Assembly (NCBI GenBank): GCA_018692315.1 | Contig: JABHKC010000028.1 | Span: 70,630-134,629 of the forward strand | Source: Bacteroidota bacterium | GTDB lineage: Bacteria; Bacteroidota; Bacteroidia; Bacteroidales; JABHKC01 | Direction of reading: 5' to 3' | Length of the DNA stretch: 64,000 nucleotides | In this document: positions 28,208-37,800 of the stretch, one piece after another | Layout: each line of letters opens with the position of its first letter | Numbering within the stretch: the stretch's first letter is position 1 | Program-made: the position numbers and the translations under genes | The notes under the pieces: generated by a model | Told to the model about the DNA's origin: nothing | Seen by the model: the letters and a program-made list of their open reading frames with translations, nothing else | Database searches by the model: none

Positions 28208-30424
28208 ATGCCAGTTAAAAATACTACACAAGCAGTAAAATTCGGAACTTTTCTGGGAGTATTTACGCCAAGTGTTTTAACTATACTTGGTGTGATGATG
28301 TATCTAAGATTTGGATGGGTTTTAGGAAATCTTGGTTTACCGCTGACCTTACTCACTGTGGTTCTTGCAAGCTCCATCACTTTTATTACAGGTTTAAGTG
28401 CATCTGCAATTGCCACCAACATGAAAGTTGGAATTGGTGGTGAGTATTATATGATTTCCAGAAGTTTGGGGATTCAACTTGGCGGAGCAATAGGAATACC
28501 TTTATTTCTCTGTCGGACTTTGAGTTTAACATTATATGCCTTCGGATTAGCCGAATCCATTGCTCCATTTTGGCCAGCAGACTGGGGAGTTCCTCCTGTT
28601 CAAATAATGGCAGCACTGATTATTATTTTTGCTACTGCCATTGCCGGCAAAAGCGCAAACTTTAGTTTAAAAATGCAGATACCGATTATGGTGGCTGTAG
28701 GAATAAGTGTAATAGCACTTTTTGCCGGAGTTTTCACAGGAGATTTCAATTCTCCTGAAATGGTGCCAAATTATCAACGATCTGCACCTGAAGGATTTTG
28801 GTTTGTTTTTGCAGTGTTTTTCCCTGCTGTAACAGGTTTTACTGCCGGAATTGGAATGAGTGGCGACCTGAAAGATTCGAAAAAATCAATACCACGAGGA
28901 ACAATATTAGCTGTGATAACCGGAACAGTAGTTTATCTATTAATTTTATCGGCTTTGTCGGTAACATCGAAAGTAGATGGTGAAATGTTGGCAAAAATAG
29001 ATGCTTCGACTCCTCCAATTTGGTCAAAGATAGCCTTTTTTGGTATGGTATTAGTCTATCCCGGACTTTGGGGAGCAATACTATCTTCGGCATTCGGAAG
29101 TATCCTCGGAGGCCCAAGAGTCTTACAAGCATTGTCGCTCGATAAAATTGCACCAAAAATTCTGGGACGAACAAGCAGGACAGGCCAGCCAACTATTGCT
29201 ACCTGGGTAACGGGAGGAATTGCATTATTGGCTGTTACTCTTGGAGATCTGAATGCTGTTGGCCGCTGGGTTACGATATTTTTCCTGACTTTGTATGTCG
29301 CAATCAATTTATCTGCGGTTATTGAAAAACTCGTTGGAGATGTTTCATACAGACCTACGATTAAGGTTCATTGGAGCATTTCTCTAATCGGCAGTATAGG
29401 AGCAGGAATAGTGATGTGCCTAATCAATCCATTAGCTTGCATAGTTGCAATTTGTTTGGAATTGACAATATATTTTTATCTAAAAAGAAAAGCTTTAAAA
29501 AGCAGTTGGGGAGACGTGAGGGCAGGACTGTGGGGTTCGATTGCAAGACTTGCATTGATGAAACTGAAAGAAAAAAATACTCATGCAAGAAATTGGCGAC
29601 CGAATATTCTTTTGTTTTCTTCAAATCCGACACGATTGATGAGATTGACCAGAGTTGCAAATTGGTTTAATCAAAATAAAGGTATTGTTACTGTTTGTAG
29701 AACTTTGGTTGGAGAGTTGGGAGATACAACAGTGAATACCACCCAGATACAATCAGATATGGAACAGGAATTAGTTAATCAGAAAATCAATGCATTTCCA
29801 GAAGTTCATATTGTCCCAAATTTCGAAAACGGAATTATCGGTATTATTCAGGCAAATGGTTTTGCAGGAATGCACTCGAATACCGTAATGTTTGGCTGGA
29901 CAAGCGGTGCTGAGCGTATTCAAAGATTATTCAGGATAGTCAGAACTGTTTCGAAAATGAAAAGAAACAGTATTCTGGCATATGTTCCTGAAATGGAAAA
30001 ATCATCTACTCACAATCGGATTGATGTTTGGTGGAGAGGAATGCAAAAAAATGGTGATATGATGTTACTTTTTGCTCATTTGTTAAATGCAAATACTGCA
30101 TGGAGACATGCGAAATTATATGTTCGAACAATAGTTTCCAGCGAAGCAGAAGAAAGCACAATGAATGAAAAGTTAAAAACCCTTATCAGCGAATCGAGAA
30201 TGGCGGCAGCAAGTGATGTAATTTTGAATAAAAATAATGAAAATGTTACTGAATTAATGCAGCGAAAAAGTAAAAATGCAGATATTGTTTTTGTGGGATT
30301 AGCACTGCCACAATTAAATGATGAAATTGAATTTGCAGAAAAATTAGATAATCTCGTTACCGGTTTTAAAGCTACCATTTTAGTAAGAAATGCCGAGTCA
30401 ACACAGGGAGAACTAATTGAATAA
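28208..30424 (+). CDS. Cation-chloride cotransporter homologue (SLC12/CCC family; APC-fold permease plus cytosolic C-terminal domain)
   Basis: 738 aa with about 12 TM helices of the amino-acid-permease fold, then ARNWRPNILLFS (the CCC hallmark nWRPq.L) and a roughly 250-aa soluble C-terminal domain. Confidence 0.8.
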   Translation: MPVKNTTQAVKFGTFLGVFTPSVLTILGVMMYLRFGWVLGNLGLPLTLLTVVLASSITFITGLSASAIATNMKVGIGGEYYMISRSLGIQLGGAIGIPLFLCRTLSLTLYAFGLAESIAPFWPADWGVPPVQIMAALIIIFATAIAGKSANFSLKMQIPIMVAVGISVIALFAGVFTGDFNSPEMVPNYQRSAPEGFWFVFAVFFPAVTGFTAGIGMSGDLKDSKKSIPRGTILAVITGTVVYLLILSALSVTSKVDGEMLAKIDASTPPIWSKIAFFGMVLVYPGLWGAILSSAFGSILGGPRVLQALSLDKIAPKILGRTSRTGQPTIATWVTGGIALLAVTLGDLNAVGRWVTIFFLTLYVAINLSAVIEKLVGDVSYRPTIKVHWSISLIGSIGAGIVMCLINPLACIVAICLELTIYFYLKRKALKSSWGDVRAGLWGSIARLALMKLKEKNTHARNWRPNILLFSSNPTRLMRLTRVANWFNQNKGIVTVCRTLVGELGDTTVNTTQIQSDMEQELVNQKINAFPEVHIVPNFENGIIGIIQANGFAGMHSNTVMFGWTSGAERIQRLFRIVRTVSKMKRNSILAYVPEMEKSSTHNRIDVWWRGMQKNGDMMLLFAHLLNANTAWRHAKLYVRTIVSSEAEESTMNEKLKTLISESRMAAASDVILNKNNENVTELMQRKSKNADIVFVGLALPQLNDEIEFAEKLDNLVTGFKATILVRNAESTQGELIE

Positions 30425-30509
30425 TAGGAAACTATTAAATTTAATGATGATAAATAATAAAGAAATATATGGAATTTTTTGTAAATGCTAATGTTAGTGG
30501 CAACTTATT

Positions 30510-30893
30510 ATGAGAAAACTATTTTTAATTTTATTGTTAATGCAATGGATATTCTCTTTTGCTCAAGAGAAATCATTTTTTGAAAAGGTGCAGGCTCAAA
30601 ATGATAGCATTTGATCAATCATTCTAAAGTTAAAATATGATTCAACTAAAGAAAAGTTTGGATTTGTTGATAAGAATGACATATACATCATTGAACCTCA
30701 ATATAGATGTGCTACAGAATTTATTGAATGTATTGCACTCGTTTCAAAGCGAGATAAAAAAAGTGGACCAAATAGAGGAAAAGCAAAAGATAAGTTTTAC
30801 ATAAATAAGAATAACGAAATAGTAATTGGACTTAGACTGGAGAATAGGCTCAAATGGGAAAACAAAATCAAAAGTAGCCCTCCCAGCCCCTAA
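30510..30893 (+). pseudogene. Disrupted WG/KWG-repeat secreted protein gene
   Basis: A 34-aa signal-peptide ORF (MRKLFLILLLMQWIFSFAQE...) stops at 30612-30614. Another frame continues with KFGFVDKNDIYIIEPQYRCATEFIECIALV...KFYINKNNEIVIG, a WG-repeat pattern with no start codon. Confidence 0.4.
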
Positions 30894-31297
30894 GAATATA
30901 AAAGCAGAGACAAACTGCTAGGCCGGGCACAATTTTGATGAAAAATCAGGATTGAACACAACTTGATTTCAATAAAAGTGGGAGATAAAGTTTTGCTATG
31001 CACTAATCAAAGGCTTTTGTTGTTCTGTTTAGGTAGAGAGAGAGCTATTTTAAAATTATTACTTGTCCCAAAAATGTTTAACTAATTTTTTTTCTCATAA
31101 TTGTTATCTATAAGAATTAATTGAAGGCTCGCACCTAATACCTAATATTGAACATCCTTTGGTTATTTGAAAATTGAAAGATTATGATTCAGCATGAAGA
31201 TAAATGAAATACTATAAGAATGTAGTTAATTGAATCATAAGAAAATAAAATATCTCGTGATTTGGTGAGTTATTGATAATATTTAAATTTTATAATT

Positions 31298-32152
31298 ATG
31301 ACTCGAAATAGTAAAAATGAATTAACAGATAACGAAAAACGAATAATTATTAATAAAGGAACGGAGATGCCTTTTACAGGAAAGTATAATAATTTTAAAG
31401 AAAAAGGAACATATATTTGCAAACAATGCGGCAGCTCTTTGTATAATTCTACAGATAAATTTTCATCGAATTGTGGCTGGCCAAGCTTCGATGATGAAAT
31501 AGAAAATGCTGTAAAAAGAATTCCCGATTCGGACGGAAAACGCACAGAAATTGTTTGTGCAGAATGCGATGCACATCTCGGGCATGTTTTTCTTAACGAG
31601 GGATTTACACAAAATAATATGCGTCATTGTGTAAATTCAATATCCTTAGATTTCGTACCTGAGAAAGAAAAATTTAAGACAGCAATATTTGCTGGAGGAT
31701 GTTTCTGGGGTGTAGAACATTTTTTCAAAAAACAAAAAGGCGTAATTTCGGTTGAATCAGGATATATTGGTGGAAGTATAGAAGATCCAAATTACGAAAT
31801 TATATGCACAGGAATGAGTGGACATGCCGAAGCAGTGCAAGTTGTTTTCGATCCTTCATTGACAAATTTTGAAATTCTTGCGAGCTTTTTCTTTGAAATT
31901 CATGATCCTAGCCAGTTGAATTATCAAGGGCCTGATTTTGGTGAACAGTATCGTTCAGAGGTTTTCTATACTAACGAAAATCAAAAAAATATTGCCAATA
32001 AGCTTATAAAAATCTTGCAAAATAATGGATACAATGTTGTTACTAAAGTAACACCGGCAGCGGAATTTTATGTAGCCGAAGACTATCATCAAAATTATTA
32101 TGAAAGAAATGGAGCATTGCCTTATTGCCATGTTTATACCAAGCGATTTTGA
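31298..32152 (+). CDS. msrBA: Bifunctional methionine sulfoxide reductase MsrB-MsrA fusion
   Basis: N-terminal SelR/MsrB (CxxC...CGWPSF...RHCVNS) and C-terminal MsrA (GGCFWGVEHFF). Confidence 0.9.
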   Translation: MTRNSKNELTDNEKRIIINKGTEMPFTGKYNNFKEKGTYICKQCGSSLYNSTDKFSSNCGWPSFDDEIENAVKRIPDSDGKRTEIVCAECDAHLGHVFLNEGFTQNNMRHCVNSISLDFVPEKEKFKTAIFAGGCFWGVEHFFKKQKGVISVESGYIGGSIEDPNYEIICTGMSGHAEAVQVVFDPSLTNFEILASFFFEIHDPSQLNYQGPDFGEQYRSEVFYTNENQKNIANKLIKILQNNGYNVVTKVTPAAEFYVAEDYHQNYYERNGALPYCHVYTKRF

Positions 32153-32263
32153 ATATAAGCTTACTGATTTAAAACTATTTATAAATTGAAAAGCCAACAT
32201 TCAATAATTATAAAACAATTATTAATAGTTAATGAGTTGTTCTTTAAGAATCTGTTTCAAAAA

Positions 32264-34684
32264 CTATTCATATTTCAAAGTATCAACAGGTTTGGTTTTT
32301 GAAACATTGTTGGCTTTGTAGCTTGAGATAAGCAGAGTAATCAGAATAGCGATGGTTCCTGCAATGACAAAAATCCACCATTCGATGCTTGTTTGAAATG
32401 CAAATTCCTGAAACCAATTTTTTATCATTAAATATCCTAAAGGAATTGCCAGAGAATTTGCAATAATTATCAAAATGATAAATTCTTTTGATAATTCTTT
32501 AATAATATCATTTTTCGATGCACCGAGAACTTTTCGTATTCCCACTTCTTTTGTGCGTTTTTCAGTAAAAAAGGAGGTTAACCCAAATAGTCCTATACTT
32601 GAAATTATTAAAACCAAAATTGAAAGTATTCCAGACAGTTTGCCAAGTTTTTCTTCACCAACATATTGGTCATCTAATTCTTTGTCTAAGAAAAAATACT
32701 CAAAAGGTCTGTGAGCCACAAACTTATACCAAAGTTTTTTCACCTCTTTAAGTGCTTTCTGATTGTCGTCTGTTTGAAATCTGATGGCGATATATCTGGT
32801 CATTGCATTGTTTTTATATTCTTTCGGAATAAGGTCTAAAACGAAAGGTTCTATTGAATTATGTAAAGAAGTTTCGTTGAAATTTCTAAAAACTCCTATC
32901 ACTTTCTCCTTTCCAAGCATGGATTGAAAAGTTTTCCCAATGGCATTTTTATTGCTTCCCCATCCAAGATGTCCTACCATCGCTTCATTTATTATAATTG
33001 CTTTATAATCGTCCTTTTCAAACTTCTCATCGTAGTCTCTCCCTTCCACTATTTCTATGTCGAATGTTTTTACAAAATCGTGTCGGACAGCAAGAGCCGG
33101 ATAAAACTGCCATTCGTCTTCCGGTGTGCCTTCTGGCCTGAATTCGTGAGTATTATGATCTCTTCCAATAATGTCGTTCATGGCTGTAACGTGCATTATG
33201 TTCGGTACTTCCAGGAGCTTTGATTTGAATTTTGAATATTCCAAAATCAGATTGCTTTTGTAAATTGGAAGGATAACTATATTTTCTTTTCGAAAACCTA
33301 AATTTGCTGAACGCATGAAATTCAATTGTTTGAAAATCATTATTGTTCCAATTATTAAGGCTATTGAAATAGTAAATTGAACTATTACTAAAAGTTTACG
33401 AGTAAATCCTGTTTTTACTTCATTTATAAGTTTTCCTTTTAGAACATTTGCTGGCTGAAAAGTAGAAAGATAAAATGCCGGATAAATTCCTGAAACTATT
33501 CCAATTAAAAATCCTAATGAAATTAATGGGATTAAATTCCTGGTTTCGAGCAAAATGCTTATTCTGAAATCTTTATTTAGAAAATCGTTGTAATACGGTA
33601 ATAGTAATTCTACCATCAAAATGGCGATAAAGATTGCAGCAAAACTGATAATCACAGCTTCAAAAATAAATTGAAAAATCAATTGTGAACGGTAGGCTCC
33701 TACAACCTTTTTTACTCCAATTTCTTTGGCACGGTGGGCAGAAGAGGCAGTGGCAAGATTCATGAAATTAATACAAGCAATTATCAGTAAAAAAAGTGCA
33801 ATTAATCCTAAAATGTATATATAAATTGCATAGCTGTTTGGTTCAATTTCATAGTCGAGATGTGAATTTAAGTGAATAAGCGAAATGTTTTGCAGATTGA
33901 GTGAAATATTGTCTTTCTCTGCATCTTCAAAGTATTTTCTAATGAAGTTTGGAAACTGACTTTCCAAGTCTTCTTCTGCTACATTGTTGTTCAAAAGAAC
34001 ATAGGTCCAACAAGGATTCCACACCCAAGTTGTTGGCAATTTGCCTCTATACATGTATCGTGCAGACGACATTGAAACCAAAAAATCGTAGCGAAAATGC
34101 GATTGGGTAGGAGGGTCTTTTATCACACTCCTTACGGTATATTTATAGTAATTATCAACAATAATTGTTTCGTCTATAGGGTCTATATCACCAAAATATT
34201 TTTTTGCCATACTTTCGGTAATAATCATCGAAAACGGATCGTCTAAAGATTTTTCGCCTTTGCCGCTTAAAAATTCTATATTGAATATGCTGAAAACCGT
34301 AGAATCTACAAAAAATAGTCTGTCTTCAATTTCTTTCATTCTGTCATATTGTATAATGACTTTAGGAAGCTGAAAATTGAAAAATCTAACGTACTCTTTT
34401 ATCAAATCGGGATACTCTTTTTTTAAGATAGGACCTAATGGAAATGGCTGACTTGAAGGTTTTTCTCCAACTCCATCAAAATTATATTCTCCAGCAATTC
34501 TGAATATTTTTTCATAATTCTGGTGATGTTTATCATAGCTCAATTCATCGAAAATATACAAGGATATTAATACAAAACTCGCAATACTGATTGCTAAACC
34601 AAAAATGTTTAGCAAGGCATAGAATTTTTGTCTAATTATTATTCTTATTATATTTTTAAAACTTCCAACTATCATATTTTGCAA
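32264..34684 (-). CDS. ABC transporter permease, MacB/FtsX-like with duplicated FtsX domains
   Basis: 806 aa with the typical Bacteroidota architecture: TM1, large periplasmic domain and 3 TM, repeated twice. No cognate ATPase is adjacent. Confidence 0.85.
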   Translation of the reverse strand: MQNMIVGSFKNIIRIIIRQKFYALLNIFGLAISIASFVLISLYIFDELSYDKHHQNYEKIFRIAGEYNFDGVGEKPSSQPFPLGPILKKEYPDLIKEYVRFFNFQLPKVIIQYDRMKEIEDRLFFVDSTVFSIFNIEFLSGKGEKSLDDPFSMIITESMAKKYFGDIDPIDETIIVDNYYKYTVRSVIKDPPTQSHFRYDFLVSMSSARYMYRGKLPTTWVWNPCWTYVLLNNNVAEEDLESQFPNFIRKYFEDAEKDNISLNLQNISLIHLNSHLDYEIEPNSYAIYIYILGLIALFLLIIACINFMNLATASSAHRAKEIGVKKVVGAYRSQLIFQFIFEAVIISFAAIFIAILMVELLLPYYNDFLNKDFRISILLETRNLIPLISLGFLIGIVSGIYPAFYLSTFQPANVLKGKLINEVKTGFTRKLLVIVQFTISIALIIGTIMIFKQLNFMRSANLGFRKENIVILPIYKSNLILEYSKFKSKLLEVPNIMHVTAMNDIIGRDHNTHEFRPEGTPEDEWQFYPALAVRHDFVKTFDIEIVEGRDYDEKFEKDDYKAIIINEAMVGHLGWGSNKNAIGKTFQSMLGKEKVIGVFRNFNETSLHNSIEPFVLDLIPKEYKNNAMTRYIAIRFQTDDNQKALKEVKKLWYKFVAHRPFEYFFLDKELDDQYVGEEKLGKLSGILSILVLIISSIGLFGLTSFFTEKRTKEVGIRKVLGASKNDIIKELSKEFIILIIIANSLAIPLGYLMIKNWFQEFAFQTSIEWWIFVIAGTIAILITLLISSYKANNVSKTKPVDTLKYE

Positions 34685-34820
34685 AAAAACCTTGTTTATT
34701 TCACACTAATTATACCATATAAATTAAACAAATACAACTCAAATACTTATGTGCAAATACTTTTCATTTTAGTAAGTTTCTTTGTTCGATACTAAATAAT
34801 TAATTGTCCGAATATGAACA

Positions 34821-37800
34821 TTAATTATTAGCCGGATACAATAATATAGAATTTGAACTTAGCTTGATTTGATAACCTTCGCCCGGCTCCATATTCCCAA
34901 TATTATTAACTCCCCATGCAGGCCAATAAACCAAACCTGTTTCATTTTTCACAATAATAATATTTGAACTTATACTGTTTAGCATGCTTTCTATGGGTGC
35001 AGCTTGCAAACGCAGATATGCAACCAGATTCCAACCTTGTAATAAATTTATTGGAAAACTTTCTGGAAATATCATCGAACCACTAATAGTCAGTATATTA
35101 GAATTTGACATTTTTATTTGATAGCCATCGCCTATTATTAATTCTCCAATATTATTAATATTATAGAGAGGCCAATAAACCAATCCAAGACCGTTTTTAA
35201 CAATTATCACATCGCTAGCAATAGAAGAAAAAATGCTATCGGCAATTTGATACGATGATTGAATATATGTCGAAAAAATATTCCAGCCTTGTGAAAGTTG
35301 AATTTGTTGATTTTGGAAATTTAATGAAACTAATTCTGCAATACCGCTCATTCCATTAACCATAAACATAGAGTTGTTTGGAAAAATTACAGTATTGTAA
35401 GTTGCAGTTGCATCGTATTCTTGTCCGTTTGAAACTTCCCAAACTTTCCAATTAAATTCTTCACCGATAGCAAAACCATCGTTTCCTACATCTTCGCCCC
35501 ATGCTGCGAGCGATGTTGTGCTGCCTTCCCAAATTGTGTATCCTCCACACACCAATGTTCCAATAGAATCGTAGAAAACTCCAAGAAAACTTCCCGGTGA
35601 GATTGATACTCCTGAAATATTTATATTGGTATTATCTGGAATTAAAATGGTATGATTTGTTCCGGTTACGGAGTATGTCCAATCAGGAAGTAAAACTTTC
35701 AAGGAATCTATTCCGCTCATTCCATTAGGTACATAAGCTTCACTATTTGGAAACATGCTAGTGTTATATATTGCTGAAGCGCCGTATTCCATTGCTTCTG
35801 AAGCATCCCAAATTCGCCAATTAAAAATTTCGCCATTTTCAAAACCATCGTTCCCAACATCTTCGCCCCATGCGGCAATTGAAGTAGTTGTTCCTAACCA
35901 CTGCGTATATCCTCCGCATAAAAGTGTACCGAGCGAATCGTAAAATACTCCAATATAATCACCAACTGCAATTGGCGAATTGTTTATAATAATACTTGTA
36001 TTTTGGGGAATTAAAATTGTATGATTCTCTCCTGTAACTTCATATGTCCACGCAGGGCTGATTGCTGGTGAAAAAGTAATATTTATATCATCGAAATTTA
36101 GGCAACCATTTATGTCTGTAATAGTTACAGAATAATTGCCTGTCGCATTTGCTGAAATATTTTGGCTTTGATGTCCTGTATTCCAAATATATGAACTAAA
36201 GCCTAAACCTGCATTTAGAGTTAATGTTTGTCCTAAAACCAAACTTGTATCTGCACCAATAAATACTGTTGGTAAAGGATTTACAGTTATCATAATATCG
36301 TCAATTTCAGTATTTCCGAGCGAATCGGTAACAGTTACATAATATGTGGTTGACGTATTTGGCATTACTATAGTGGAGGGCAAAGTATCGTTGTTGCTCC
36401 AACTGTAATAATATGGCGGATTCCCACCAAAAACAGATGCAGACAATACTGCAGAATCGCCCATACAAATATCTTTATCGATACCGGCATTTACTAAAAG
36501 TGGATTAACGCTGCTAACAATTTCTACAGTATAATCGTGAGTTTCACCATAAGTGAAAGTTGCACATGGATCTGCGCTGCTTGCAGCATAATTTACTCTA
36601 ACTCTCATTCTGTGAGAACCACTGGTTACTAACATTGGGACTGTGAGCGAGGTAGAATAATTAGTATTCGATAAGCTTAAATAAAAATCTGTAATTAAAA
36701 GTTCCGAAGCCTCAAAGAGATAATTATTATTGAAATCTACCCATAAAGACAAATATTGGTTAGCATAGCCGGTTGTTACATTTATAGTATATGTTTGACC
36801 GGTAATTAATGAAGTAGATAAATTAGTATAATCTCCGTATCCATTTGTGCTACACCCTGTTGAGTGATTTATTGAATCAAGCTCAAAATCTTCTATCCCA
36901 TCTCCATAACTACAATTTGCAGTTGGTTGGCAATATGTTAAAGGTATGTTCTCAACTGAATAAAAAATTGTATCATTAAAATGAAAAGTATCAGTAGGCA
37001 AATTTGTAAAAACCTTAAAATCATATTGTCCAATTGCTGATAAATCGGCAGTAGTATTAAAAGTATAAGTTAAAGTATTCCCTGAAAGTATCACTGTATC
37101 AACTAATTCTGTAACAACAGTAGAATTATTAACTAAATAATTTATATCAAAATTTGAAACTGGATTACTTCCAAAATTCTTTATTTCAACTTCAACAATT
37201 TCATTTGAACCTAAACTTATATAACTAATCGGAGAATTTACGGCAGTTACTCCAATATCAATATCGGGAACTACAATTGGAGGAAAAACAATATAATCAA
37301 CATATGCACAATCGCTACCCGTTGAAACCGAGCCGTCTTTATCATATACCCATTTCAGAGTGTGATACCCACTGCTAATTGGAAAGCTTACATTTTCCCA
37401 ACTTAGTTCTCCTGCCCAATGATCAAGCATAATATTGTCGATATAAAATTCTAAATAATCGTATGATGTTTCTGAAGATACCTTTCTGAAAAATGAGATA
37501 CTATCGCTTGTTAAAACATAAACTGAAAGTTCAAATTCTGAGCTTTGAGAATCGCTAATATCACCGGATTGAATAGAATATAATCCATCATATGATTGGT
37601 TTAATGTAATAAACCATGGCAAATCGCCACCTGTTTGCCAAAAAAACTGGTTCAAATTGCTTGTTTCCCAGTTTTCAAAAATAAGCCCAATTGATTTTGC
37701 AAAATCTTTTTGATGTGAATAATTTCCTGAATTTACATTAGCTTGAAAATTCACAATTGTTGGAATAATAGCATTTTGGTTCACACTAACACTGAAAACG

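Noticed and set aside
31270-31545. 91-aa minus-strand ORF overlapping the start of msrBA
   Set aside because: It is antisense shadow of the well-supported MsrB domain, with no independent evidence.
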